Shown in pieces: positions 47,981 through 56,307 of a stretch of DNA of 64,000 nt. Within the stretch, counting starts at the first letter, position 1; each line of letters starts with the position of its first letter. The position numbers and the translations under genes are program-made. The notes under the pieces are model-generated. The model searched no databases. It was not told the origin of the DNA and was given only the letters and a program-made list of their open reading frames with translations. Origin of the DNA: Limisphaerales bacterium (GTDB taxonomy: Bacteria > Verrucomicrobiota > Verrucomicrobiia > Limisphaerales > JACDHS01); contig JBKJKE010000008.1 in NCBI GenBank assembly GCA_046597605.1, forward strand, positions 15,284 to 79,283, written 5' to 3'.

Positions 47981-49389
47981 GTAGTTATTGTGCCCGAAGC
48001 ATTACTTGAGGGATGAGGGAGAAAGCATACTACGGCTGCCCCCGTGGGTTTTTGGTTTTGCACAAGTATGGTTGCTCCAATCATGCTGGCGCGATACTGC
48101 ATGATACGCATTCCCATTCCTTTCTGTGGAGCGGCTGTTTGCTGAATACCGGTGCCATTATCGCGCACTGCTAAAACGGTCTTCTCCCTGGTAGCTTCTA
48201 ATACGATCTCGATCTCTTGGGCTTTCCCATGCTTCACCGCATTGTTCACCGCCTCTTGGGCTATGCGGAAAAGATGTGTCGATGCAGTCAAATCTTCTAC
48301 TCGAACGGGAATGGAGCATTTGAAGCGGCAGTTCACCTGGAAAAGTTTTTGTGTATTTGCCGCCAATTCGCCCAGTGCGGCCATTAAGCCCTCTGATTCA
48401 AGCACCAGCGGTGAAAGACCACGAGCTAACGAACGTGTTTGACTAATGACATCTCTGATCTGGGCAGTAATCCCCTCAACCTGTGCCTTCGCTTTAACCC
48501 CAAGCTTTTGCCCAAGAGCTTCTGTCATCAGTTCAATCCCGGCTAAATGTTGGCAGATGCCGTCATGAAGGTCCTGACCGATGCGCCGCTGTTGCATCTC
48601 GCTGATTTGCAGGACTTCGTTCTCAAGGCGTTTATGCTCGGTTATGTCCAGGGCGGCGCCGGTGATACCTACTACCTGCAACCCCTCTTTTATTGGCTCC
48701 ACCGTCATATCGAAAACACGCTTCGTCCCATTTATGGTGCAGGCAACCTCCTGTCTCAAGCCGATGCCAGTCGCTAAAGCACGTAATTTGATCTGAATCA
48801 AACGGTCCGCCTCACGTGCGGGAAACATGTCGCTATCCATCTTTCCGAGCAGGCTGTTTTCGGATTCTTCTCCCGGCGCGTTATGAACCCATGTATACCG
48901 CAAATCCGTATCCTGCGTAAAAACGAAGATGGGCGAATGCTTCAGTGCCACGCGAAATCGCTCTTCACTCACCCGCAATGCCTCTTCCGCTTTGGCTAAT
49001 TGTTTATCACGATCTATTTGGGAAATCGTCCGACTCACAACCGTCGGCAGAACCTCATAAAACTGCGCGTCCTTCACCACATAATCGAGCGCCCCGGTCT
49101 TCATCATCTCTACGGCTACGCGTTCATCACCTTGCCCTGTGATGATGATGAATGGCGGCAACCTCTTGGCCGCGTTTAGGCGCGTAATGAATTCCTTGGC
49201 CTCAAAATCCTGCAGTTTAAGGTCGAGCAGCAAAAGATCTGGAAAGTTCTTTTCCAACCAGGCTAACGCGCCCTGTCCAGAATCTTGCGTTTCAACCCGA
49301 TAACCGTTCCGTGTGAGTGCTTTCTCAACCAGGCGTAGCAATCCTTTATCGTCATCAACTACAAGTATCGATTGGCCATTTGCCTTCAT
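47977..49389 (-). CDS. Hybrid sensor: N-terminal receiver + PAS + HisKA_3/HATPase histidine kinase
   Basis: REC (ILVVDDDKG..LLLLDLKLQD). PAS (EERFRVALKHSPIFVFTQD). H-box RIGQDLHDGICQHL. ATPase N/G boxes (QEAVNNAVKHG, DNGTG, GMGMRIM). 4-nt overlaps with both neighbouring response-regulator genes. Confidence 0.9.
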   Translation of the reverse strand: MKANGQSILVVDDDKGLLRLVEKALTRNGYRVETQDSGQGALAWLEKNFPDLLLLDLKLQDFEAKEFITRLNAAKRLPPFIIITGQGDERVAVEMMKTGALDYVVKDAQFYEVLPTVVSRTISQIDRDKQLAKAEEALRVSEERFRVALKHSPIFVFTQDTDLRYTWVHNAPGEESENSLLGKMDSDMFPAREADRLIQIKLRALATGIGLRQEVACTINGTKRVFDMTVEPIKEGLQVVGITGAALDITEHKRLENEVLQISEMQQRRIGQDLHDGICQHLAGIELMTEALGQKLGVKAKAQVEGITAQIRDVISQTRSLARGLSPLVLESEGLMAALGELAANTQKLFQVNCRFKCSIPVRVEDLTASTHLFRIAQEAVNNAVKHGKAQEIEIVLEATREKTVLAVRDNGTGIQQTAAPQKGMGMRIMQYRASMIGATILVQNQKPTGAAVVCFLPHPSSNASGTITT

Positions 49390-49838
49390 AAGCCGCTGCT
49401 ATGAATCTGCGGTACCTGCACCAGTGAAAAGAAAAACCCCAGCTGCTTTATGGCGTCGGAAAACTTGTCATAGTCGACAGGTTTGACCACATAACTATTG
49501 CAACCAAAACTGTGGCATCGTTCAACTTCCCGCGGATCCTCTGTGGTCGTCAACATGAGGACAGGGATCTTTTTCAATTCGTTATCCATCTTGATTTGGC
49601 GAAGAACCTCCACCCCGTCCACCTGGGGCATCCGTATGTCCAGTAACAGTAAGTATGACGCTTCCACCGACCATTGGCGTTCCCCCCTTCGAAAGAGAAA
49701 TTCAAGAATTTCCTGGCCATTCTCAAAACGCTCGATTCTATTATGCAGCCCGGCCCGGCGCAGATTCTTTTCAATCAGGCGAGCATGGCCCTCATCGTCC
49801 TCCGCTACGAGGATTATAACCTCTTTGGTCACACTCAT
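49386..49838 (-). CDS. Single-domain (CheY-like) response regulator
   Basis: ILVAEDDEGHARLI..LLLLDIRMPQVDGVEVL..PVLMLTT..YVVKP. No output domain. Confidence 0.9.
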   Translation of the reverse strand: MSVTKEVIILVAEDDEGHARLIEKNLRRAGLHNRIERFENGQEILEFLFRRGERQWSVEASYLLLLDIRMPQVDGVEVLRQIKMDNELKKIPVLMLTTTEDPREVERCHSFGCNSYVVKPVDYDKFSDAIKQLGFFFSLVQVPQIHSSGL

Positions 49839-49919
49839 TGTTTATTCTTTATGGCCACCCCTGAGGGCAAGGAAACAAAGAACGCGCTTCCTTCGCCCGA
49901 CCCAGCTCGCTGGCACGTG

Positions 49920-50843
49920 TTAAGGAGCGAGGCTTTCGCGATATTCACTTGGGGACTGACCCAGCAGGTTTTTGAAAACGCGATTGAAATGGGTCAAAGA
50001 TTGAAACCCGACTTCATAAGCGATTTCGCTGATTCTCAAGTTCGGATTGAGCAAAAGATTTTTTGCCTTTTCGATTCTTAGTCTGGAAACGTAATCGGTG
50101 AAATTAATCCCAGTCGTCTTCTTGAACATTTTGCAGAAATAGAACGTGCTCATGTTTACTGCCCGCGCGACTTGCTTGAGGGATAGCTCTTCCGTCTGGT
50201 TTTCTGCGATGAACTCCTTGGCACGGGTGAGGAATGGCGGTTCCGCATTCTGCTGCTGAACCACGATCTGATTGCTGACAAGAGACATGTGTTGGGCAAA
50301 AATCGACAGGAGGTTCACCATCGCCTCATGCTGTTTCGGCGATATTACCTTCGTTTCAAAATAGGCTTCCCGAAGACGACTCTTTTCAATGTCTAACCCC
50401 CATTCTGCGATCAATTTGGCTGTTCGTTCGAACTGTGTATTTGTGGGATCTTTCGTAAATACCTGGCCAGTCTGCAGGAATCCTACCAGTTTGTCGCCTA
50501 GACGAACCGGTACTGCTGTGTCACATAACCCAAGCTCACAAGTCAAGGTCTCGGCTTCTAATTGCGCCTTTTCTGCAAGTTCCTGCTGGAGGCGGAGGCA
50601 AGCGGCACAACTCCGACTCTTCTCGGCCATCATGGCGCAGAACCTGTTTTCGGTTTTTTTGCCGCGGTGCGGCAGGTTCCATGTCTCCACTGGACGCAAT
50701 GTTACCGGCATACCAGTCGTCTGGCTGAATGCTTTCTCGTAATCCTGGTAAATTTGCGAGTTTGTCAGCGCCTCGATGAGGGCCTTGTTCTGCTTGCTGG
50801 TTGTCTGCAGTTCAAGTGGTGATTGGCCTAATATTGCTTCCAT
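49920..50843 (-). CDS. AraC-family transcriptional regulator with N-terminal PocR-like sensory domain
   Basis: N-terminal FCAMMAEKSRSCAACLRLQ..LTCELGLCDTAVPV..GFLQTGQVF (PocR-like). C-terminal dual HTH (LSLKQVARAVNMSTFYFCKMFK..ISEIAYEVGFQSLTHFNRVFK). Confidence 0.85.
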   Translation of the reverse strand: MEAILGQSPLELQTTSKQNKALIEALTNSQIYQDYEKAFSQTTGMPVTLRPVETWNLPHRGKKTENRFCAMMAEKSRSCAACLRLQQELAEKAQLEAETLTCELGLCDTAVPVRLGDKLVGFLQTGQVFTKDPTNTQFERTAKLIAEWGLDIEKSRLREAYFETKVISPKQHEAMVNLLSIFAQHMSLVSNQIVVQQQNAEPPFLTRAKEFIAENQTEELSLKQVARAVNMSTFYFCKMFKKTTGINFTDYVSRLRIEKAKNLLLNPNLRISEIAYEVGFQSLTHFNRVFKNLLGQSPSEYRESLAP

Positions 50844-50981
50844 GAAAGCAATATAAAGCTACGGCACCCTTAAACCTATTGGCAGCAATCCCACCGCAGC
50901 CTGTTGAAAAGAAATTAGAAGGACTAAGGAATTTCCTTAGTGACAAACAGAAGACGAAGCAATTTTCCACTCACTTATTGA

Positions 50982-51464
50982 TTAGTTGCCGCGAGTCGAT
51001 TGCAGCCTTTCGATGACGACCTTAGTTATTTTCTTGATCAATTCATAACCCAGCTTCGGATCGTTTTCGCATTGTTCAAGCAAGCGGGTGCCGTAGAAGA
51101 AAATGGCCTTGGTCCGTTCGGTAGACGAAGTGCGCGCGTCAAAATGCCAGACATGCGGCGGAAAAAGCCAGGACCACCCCAAAACGTCTCCGGCCCCGAT
51201 CTCTTGTATCAGAACCGGTCCTTCCGCATGGAGCGACTCAAGTCTCACTTTTCCTTCAGTAATGAGATAAAACCGGTTTGCCGGATCGCCTTCGCGAAAA
51301 ATCTGCTCACCCTTCTCAAACTCCTTTTGCATTGCTGTTTCTCCTATGACAAGGAGGTGGCTCTCACTAAACCCTTTAAGAAAAGGATGAAGCGGCTCCA
51401 GAAATTTACGATCGGCTTGCGCATTCTCAGTATCCATCTGGTGTTTATGTAACTTGGTTGGCAT
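50982..51464 (-). CDS. Stand-alone cyclic-nucleotide-binding (Crp/Fnr-type effector) domain protein without a DNA-binding domain
   Basis: FREGDPANRFYLITEGKVRLES..DVLGWSWLFPPHVWHFDARTS. The protein ends right after the C-helix. ATG 51464 overlaps the upstream stop (TAATG). Confidence 0.8.
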   Translation of the reverse strand: MPTKLHKHQMDTENAQADRKFLEPLHPFLKGFSESHLLVIGETAMQKEFEKGEQIFREGDPANRFYLITEGKVRLESLHAEGPVLIQEIGAGDVLGWSWLFPPHVWHFDARTSSTERTKAIFFYGTRLLEQCENDPKLGYELIKKITKVVIERLQSTRGN

Positions 51465-51736
51465 TATCGCGCTCCTGAAACACACAATACGGGTGCGGGG
51501 GATTCCGACTGCAGGCTGCTCCTAGTTTTGATTTCTTGGAAACGCTTTACATTCGCACCGTCCGTTTCATCGAACAAGGCAAACTCCTTCTCCAATAACA
51601 TCAGGATGAAGTATGCGACAAATGCGATCGCTCCAACCGGACGCCCCAACCAAAAGACGATATTTTCCTGTAAATCGCTAAAACCAACAGCAAAAGCCAA
51701 CAGTGAAACACAAAGGAGGATAGATTTAGTTTTCAT
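51464..51736 (-). CDS. Small two-helix membrane protein
   Basis: MKTKSILLCVSLLAFAVGF..PVGAIAFVAYFILMLL. 1-nt stop/start overlap with the cNMP-domain gene supports co-translation. Start uncertain (51736 or 51796). Confidence 0.5.
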   Translation of the reverse strand: MKTKSILLCVSLLAFAVGFSDLQENIVFWLGRPVGAIAFVAYFILMLLEKEFALFDETDGANVKRFQEIKTRSSLQSESPAPVLCVSGAR

Positions 51737-51913
51737 ACCTTGGCAATATGCTGGATCCATCTTCTGGACGCTTCTCTGGAATTGCTCCAAATCCACCCTA
51801 TTTTGTCTTGTGGCAATTGCGTACCTTCTTCAATCCGGCACTGCCAGGACAAGATTTAGCTATCTCTCAACAAAGCGCGTGTAGAACCATGCCTTTTCGA
51901 GTCCTAGAGTCGT

Positions 51914-52900
51914 TTGCAAAGGACAATTATGAAAACGGAACGAGCAAAAACCAGTCCGCTCCCAACAAGGGAGCTGACCAGCCGCGAGAGCAACAAAGCC
52001 CCAGTCAAGTCTTTGGCCAATACCAGGCTAAAGCAAATTGTTGTAGCTGTGGATTTCTCGCCTTGTTCCGAAACTGCCTTGAGGCATGCCTGCGACCTCG
52101 CCAAATTTCATGAAGCACCATTGCTGCTGGTCAGCGTGGTCGAACCGCCCCGCGTCTTTGCCGAGCCCAATGTTCAACCTTATGCCGATTGGGATAAGTC
52201 CGTCCTCGGCACCGTCCGCACCCAACTGGACGACCTCGTGAAGGCCGAAGTCCCTGCATCGATTACCCTCAAAACGGAAGTACGCATTGGTAAAGCATCG
52301 GCGAAAATCATTGAAGCAGCCCAGGCTTCGAGCGCAGACCTGATCGTCATCGGAACCCATGGCTACACCGGCATTAAACATTTCCTGCTGGGAAGCACTG
52401 CCGAGCGGGTTGTTCGTGATTCCCATTGTTCCGTCCTGGTCGTGCATGAAAGCGATAAAGCTCCAAGGAATCTAAGTAGGCCCTCTGCAAGGAAAATTCT
52501 GGCTCCGGTCGATTTTTCCCCGCATTCGAAGCTGGCGACACAATACGCCTTGGGCTGGGGGGAAAATCTCGGCGCAAACGTAGATCTCTTAAATATTGTG
52601 CCGATCCACTATGCCGCTGGCGAGTACGACCTCGTGGACTACCAACTCCTGGCTGCGGAACAATTGAACAGCGGGGAAAAACAGCTTGCGGAGTGGGCCC
52701 AGGCATTGGGCTGCGGGAAGGCACCTGTGAGGCACGGCAGACCGTCCACTGAGATTGTCGAGTTTGCCCATGAACATGATTTCGATTTGATCGTCATTGC
52801 CACCCGTGGGCAGACCGGTCTGAAACATCTCTTGCTTGGAAGCACAACGGAGGAGGTCGTCCGCCATGCGCGCTGCCCTGTCCTGGTGTTGCGTTGGTAA
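51914..52900 (+). CDS. Universal stress protein with tandem UspA domains
   Basis: Two copies of the pattern (I)VVAVDFSP..S..AL..A and DLIVIGTHGYTGIKHFLLGSTAERVV / DLIVIATRGQTGLKHLLLGSTTEEVV. Confidence 0.9.
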   Translation: MQRTIMKTERAKTSPLPTRELTSRESNKAPVKSLANTRLKQIVVAVDFSPCSETALRHACDLAKFHEAPLLLVSVVEPPRVFAEPNVQPYADWDKSVLGTVRTQLDDLVKAEVPASITLKTEVRIGKASAKIIEAAQASSADLIVIGTHGYTGIKHFLLGSTAERVVRDSHCSVLVVHESDKAPRNLSRPSARKILAPVDFSPHSKLATQYALGWGENLGANVDLLNIVPIHYAAGEYDLVDYQLLAAEQLNSGEKQLAEWAQALGCGKAPVRHGRPSTEIVEFAHEHDFDLIVIATRGQTGLKHLLLGSTTEEVVRHARCPVLVLRW

Positions 52901-52913
52901 ACCCCCGTTAAGT

Positions 52914-53801
52914 ATGCAAATACAAGAGAAACATGGGGCATCAAGCGCGCCCCACCCAAAAACTGCCGGAAGCAGCCTTCGCCCTCCCAGCCACTCTTTA
53001 GGCAATGGCCTGATCCGGGCGATATTGTCCCCTCGAGCTGGCGGTCTGGTTCTCGATGTGAACGTGAATCCTGGCGCCTCTTGTAATTTCGCTTGCGCTT
53101 ATTGCGAGGTCGACCGTACGGCATCGCTCCCAGACCTCCGGGCTGTTTCATCGATCGTCGCTGATGAACTCACCCATGCTCTTGATTTCGTACGCTCGGG
53201 CCGGATCTATGAGCTCTCCGGCTTCAAGCAGCTTGCTTCTCGAGGTTTTGAATTGCGACAGGTTGCTTTGACCGGAGACGGCGAACCAACTCTGGTGCCA
53301 AACTTCCGGGAAATTGTTGAAGCAGTGATGCACGTTCGCGCCCTGGGTCGATCCTTCTTCAAGGTAGGCCTCCTGACAAATGCCAGCCGACTACATTTGC
53401 CCCAGGTGCAGCAGGCGTTACAATATTTTACGAGGGAAGATGAAGTGTGGCTCAAACTCGATGCCGGCTCTCAAGGCCACTTGCAGAAGATCAATGGCAC
53501 CACTTTCCCTCTCGAAACCTTATTGAATAATATTCAGCGTACAGCAAACCGGCGGCCTGTGGTCATCCAAACACTGTTTTCATTTCTGTCGGGCGAACCT
53601 CCTCCGCCGCGAGAGATTGCTGCTTTCGTGCAGAAGTTGCTGGAATTGCGAAACAAGGGCGCCCAAATCTCGTCCGTTCAGATTCATTCGGCCAGTTCGT
53701 CTGATTACGATAGCAAGTGCAGGCATCTCCCTCTGCAATCGTTGTCCGGAATTGCGCGCACTATCCGCGCGGCTACCGGTTTGAAAGTAGAAGTTTACTG
53801 A
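52914..53801 (+). CDS. Radical SAM protein (small, substrate unknown)
   Basis: CX3CX2C cluster motif NPGASCNFACAYCEV and the SAM-binding LTGDGEPTL. ATG 52914 is preferred; the track start 52836 overlaps the USP gene. Confidence 0.8.
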   Translation: MQIQEKHGASSAPHPKTAGSSLRPPSHSLGNGLIRAILSPRAGGLVLDVNVNPGASCNFACAYCEVDRTASLPDLRAVSSIVADELTHALDFVRSGRIYELSGFKQLASRGFELRQVALTGDGEPTLVPNFREIVEAVMHVRALGRSFFKVGLLTNASRLHLPQVQQALQYFTREDEVWLKLDAGSQGHLQKINGTTFPLETLLNNIQRTANRRPVVIQTLFSFLSGEPPPPREIAAFVQKLLELRNKGAQISSVQIHSASSSDYDSKCRHLPLQSLSGIARTIRAATGLKVEVY

Positions 53802-53931
53802 CCACCGTCCATTGTTCGAGACTGTGCAAAATCGGTGCATTTCTGGCCAAGTACAGTGGAGATCACTGTTCGCGCATCGCTTATCTTAAACTTGAATTAA
53901 GAAGCCGTTAACACCGGCAAAAAGGCGAAAC

Positions 53932-54402
53932 ATGACAACACAATTGAAAGAACAAATTATCAATCATCCTTTTCTCTGCACGATGTCCCAGGAGAACCAG
54001 GAATTAGTCACAAAAAATGCTAAGCGAGTGGAATACGCACCCGGAGAAATCATTTTTCGCCAGGGCGAGCCTGCCAACCGTTTGTTTCTCATCGATTCAG
54101 GCAGGGTCAACCTTGAATCCGCGCAGGGTGGCGGACAGTCGGTACGTATCCAGACCCTCGGTGAAAAAGAGGTGATCGGTTGGTCATGGCTCTTCCCTCC
54201 GTTCAGCTGGCACTTCACGGCCCGTGCGGTCGAACCCACCATCGTCACCGTGCTCGACGGTGGACATTTACTCGTCACAGCAGAAGAAAATCCCTCGTTC
54301 GGTTATGATTTGATGCGACGCGTTGCACAAATCGTCATCGAACGCTTGCAAACCACCCGCAAACAAGTGAAACCGGCGGATGAACAACTTTCATCCAACT
54401 GA
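53932..54402 (+). CDS. Stand-alone cyclic-nucleotide-binding domain protein, paralogue of 50982..51464
   Basis: FRQGEPANRLFLIDSGRVNLES..EVIGWSWLFPPFSWHFTARAV..ERLQTTR. Same motif order as the other copy, and no HTH. Confidence 0.8.
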   Translation: MTTQLKEQIINHPFLCTMSQENQELVTKNAKRVEYAPGEIIFRQGEPANRLFLIDSGRVNLESAQGGGQSVRIQTLGEKEVIGWSWLFPPFSWHFTARAVEPTIVTVLDGGHLLVTAEENPSFGYDLMRRVAQIVIERLQTTRKQVKPADEQLSSN

Positions 54403-54687
54403 AGTTGTTTGCTCAATGGCAATGGCAGAAGCCTTGCGGCATTGCCCACGTCGGTCTCTTTGACCTGAAGTCCGTTTTGGTTGAGTGCAACCGGGTTCGA
54501 CTTGTTCAAGGGGACGTTGGCAACGAGTGAACTTTTCGAGGGTTTTTTCCACGGTGGCAGTCCAAACAAAGGGTGTTGGATCGGTGTTCCACATTGTCAG
54601 GAATTCCTGAATGGCTGCTGGCAGTTCCTGCACGCTTCGAAAAGCCTCGCCTTTGGGGGCGAGGATGGAGGAGAGGTGGCCCTTCGC
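54391..54687 (-). pseudogene. IS630-family transposase, C-terminal remnant
   Basis: ..FRSVQELPAAIQEFLTMWNTDPTPFVWTATVEKTLEKF matches the conserved IS630 C-terminus (..KPFVWTKTA..IL.K). No DDE core lies upstream in frame. Confidence 0.7.
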
Positions 54688-54899
54688 TCACATTTTGGCG
54701 GTCCCGAAATGCGTGTCGATTAGTGTCCGTTCGCGGATTACTTCTGGTTCCTTCTCCTTGGGGGAGAAAACCAGAACATATTATTCACTGAACCACTTAC
54801 GTGGTGGGGTTAGGATGAGAGCGAGCAATCCTGTTTTTAGACCGTTTTTCCCCGTCTCCCTCCCCCGAAAACCCCGTTTTTGTTGGGCTTTTTTGTTAC

Positions 54900-55130
54900 A
54901 CAGCACCTGTAACGCGCGTTACAGCCCGTTGCGAGACTTGCGAGCACCTGTAACGGCCGTAACGGGTCGTCGCCAGACTTTCCGGCACCTGTAACGCGCG
55001 TTACGGCTCGTTGCGAGACTTGCGAGCACCTGTAACGGCCGTAACAGGTCGTCGCCAGACTTTCCGGCACCCGTAACGCGCGTTACAGCTCGTCGCGAGA
55101 CTTGCAAGCACCTGTAACGCGTGTTTCAGG
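54900..55130. repeat. Tandem array 4: 6 copies of a 41-bp unit in two alternating subtypes (82-bp higher-order period)
   Basis: GCACC anchors at 54903, 54944, 54985, 55026, 55067 and 55108, exactly 41 bp apart. Subtype A carries the perfect palindrome CTGTAACGCGCGTTACAG (54907-54924). Subtype B carries CTGTAACGGCCGTAAC(G/A)GG. Confidence 0.95.
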
Positions 55131-55134
55131 ACAA

Positions 55135-55249
55135 TTGCAGAAGCGGGTTTGGATGCTCCGAGCTGATGCTCCTGCCAGATGCGATGAATCGTGTTCTTAC
55201 TGACTTTTTGGGCCCGGCCAGTGGGCGTGTGCTCCAATGTGTTGAACAT
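55135..55249 (-). pseudogene. IS630-family transposase, internal HTH remnant
   Basis: ..HTPTGRAQKVSKNTIHRIWQEHQLGASKP resembles the second HTH (..ISKSTVHRIW..HGLKPH) of IS630-type transposases. The frame then runs into array 4. Confidence 0.55.
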
Positions 55250-55261
55250 CTGGCCGGTCGC

Positions 55262-55576
55262 TTAAACTTCTGGATGCCGTCCCTTCCACCGGTAATGAGT
55301 TCGCACCAGGTTGGTTGCAATCGTGTAGAGCCAGGTGGAGAACTTTGCCTCGTGCCGAAACTTGGTCCGGTTCGAATAGACCTTCACAAACGTCTCCTGT
55401 GCCACGTCGTTCGCTTCTGCCTCGTTTGCTAATCGATGTGTTGGCGATTGCCAATGCTCTCCGAGCTGCCTTGCCTCCAAGCGACTCAGCGATTTCTGAA
55501 GAGTCTGTCCGGGTTTGCCCATTTCGACACTTAACCAACTCGTTCTGCTCAGAAGACCAAATTCCTTTGGGTACAA
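55262..55576 (-). pseudogene. ECF sigma factor, truncated after region 2
   Basis: ..NEAEANDVAQETFVKVYSNRTKFRHEAKFSTWLYTIATNLVRTHYRW is sigma-70 region 2. A stop follows and no region 4 exists; the IS630 remnant starts 13 bp downstream. Confidence 0.7.
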
Positions 55577-55629
55577 AGTAAAGGTCGAACCTCAGATTCG
55601 ACCTTACTTCGCTGAATTAGAGAGTTAAA

Positions 55630-56022
55630 TTACTTCTTTTCTTTTTTCCCGAGAACGGTGCAAAAAGCATCAGTGCTGCCGCAGTGACTGCACTTGTGCG
55701 TTACCTGTTCGGTGCTCGCCTTGCCGGTCTGAGAAACCTCGAAACTGTTCTTGCAGGCGGGGCATTCATGTTTGGCACCTTTTTCAGTGGTGCCAGCTGG
55801 GTTGCGGCCTTCAGCTACACGGGTGACAGCAACCGTTTTGCACTTGGGGCACGCCATGGCGACTTGATCGCCGGACTTCACTGCGGTGATGTCAGCTCCA
55901 GTGAGGAGCGGCTTGCTGAAAAGGCGTTCTGCTCCTTTCTCTTGAGCACCGACTGTGGCTGCTGCAAAAAGGGTGATAGCTGCGACGGCTGCTGCAATGG
56001 ATTGGATGATGGTTTTTTTCAT
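55630..56022 (-). CDS. Small secreted Cys-rich (3x CxxC) putative metal-binding protein
   Basis: Signal peptide MKKTIIQSIAAAVAAITLFAAATVGAQ. CPKC, CPAC and CSHC pairs plus a seventh Cys. Lys-rich tail. Confidence 0.65.
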   Translation of the reverse strand: MKKTIIQSIAAAVAAITLFAAATVGAQEKGAERLFSKPLLTGADITAVKSGDQVAMACPKCKTVAVTRVAEGRNPAGTTEKGAKHECPACKNSFEVSQTGKASTEQVTHKCSHCGSTDAFCTVLGKKEKK

Positions 56023-56307
56023 ATTGTTATTTCGATTATTTATTGTCCTCAGCGCTCTAAGAACAAGATCACTCTAGTTAGCCATCTCGTCTGCCTCTCA
56101 CCGGATCTTGGTTGAATAAAACCAAATTTTGTTTATCGCTTTACAAAATTTCCCGCCGGCAGAGGCAAATTCATTTCACACAACAATTCCCATTCACATC
56201 CGGGATCAGGTAAGGGATTCAGAAGCCGTATCTTCCTCAAAAACTGGCTGAAGCGGTGCGCAGTTCTCTCGATAGCAAATAACAGTTTGTCATCAAGGCG
56301 GAGCGTT

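Noticed and set aside
54837-55249. Track ORFs 54837..55070, 54919..55107 and most of 55001..55249 as genes
   Set aside because: They read through array 4. Only the first approximately 38 codons of 55001..55249 resemble a real protein (an IS630 fragment).
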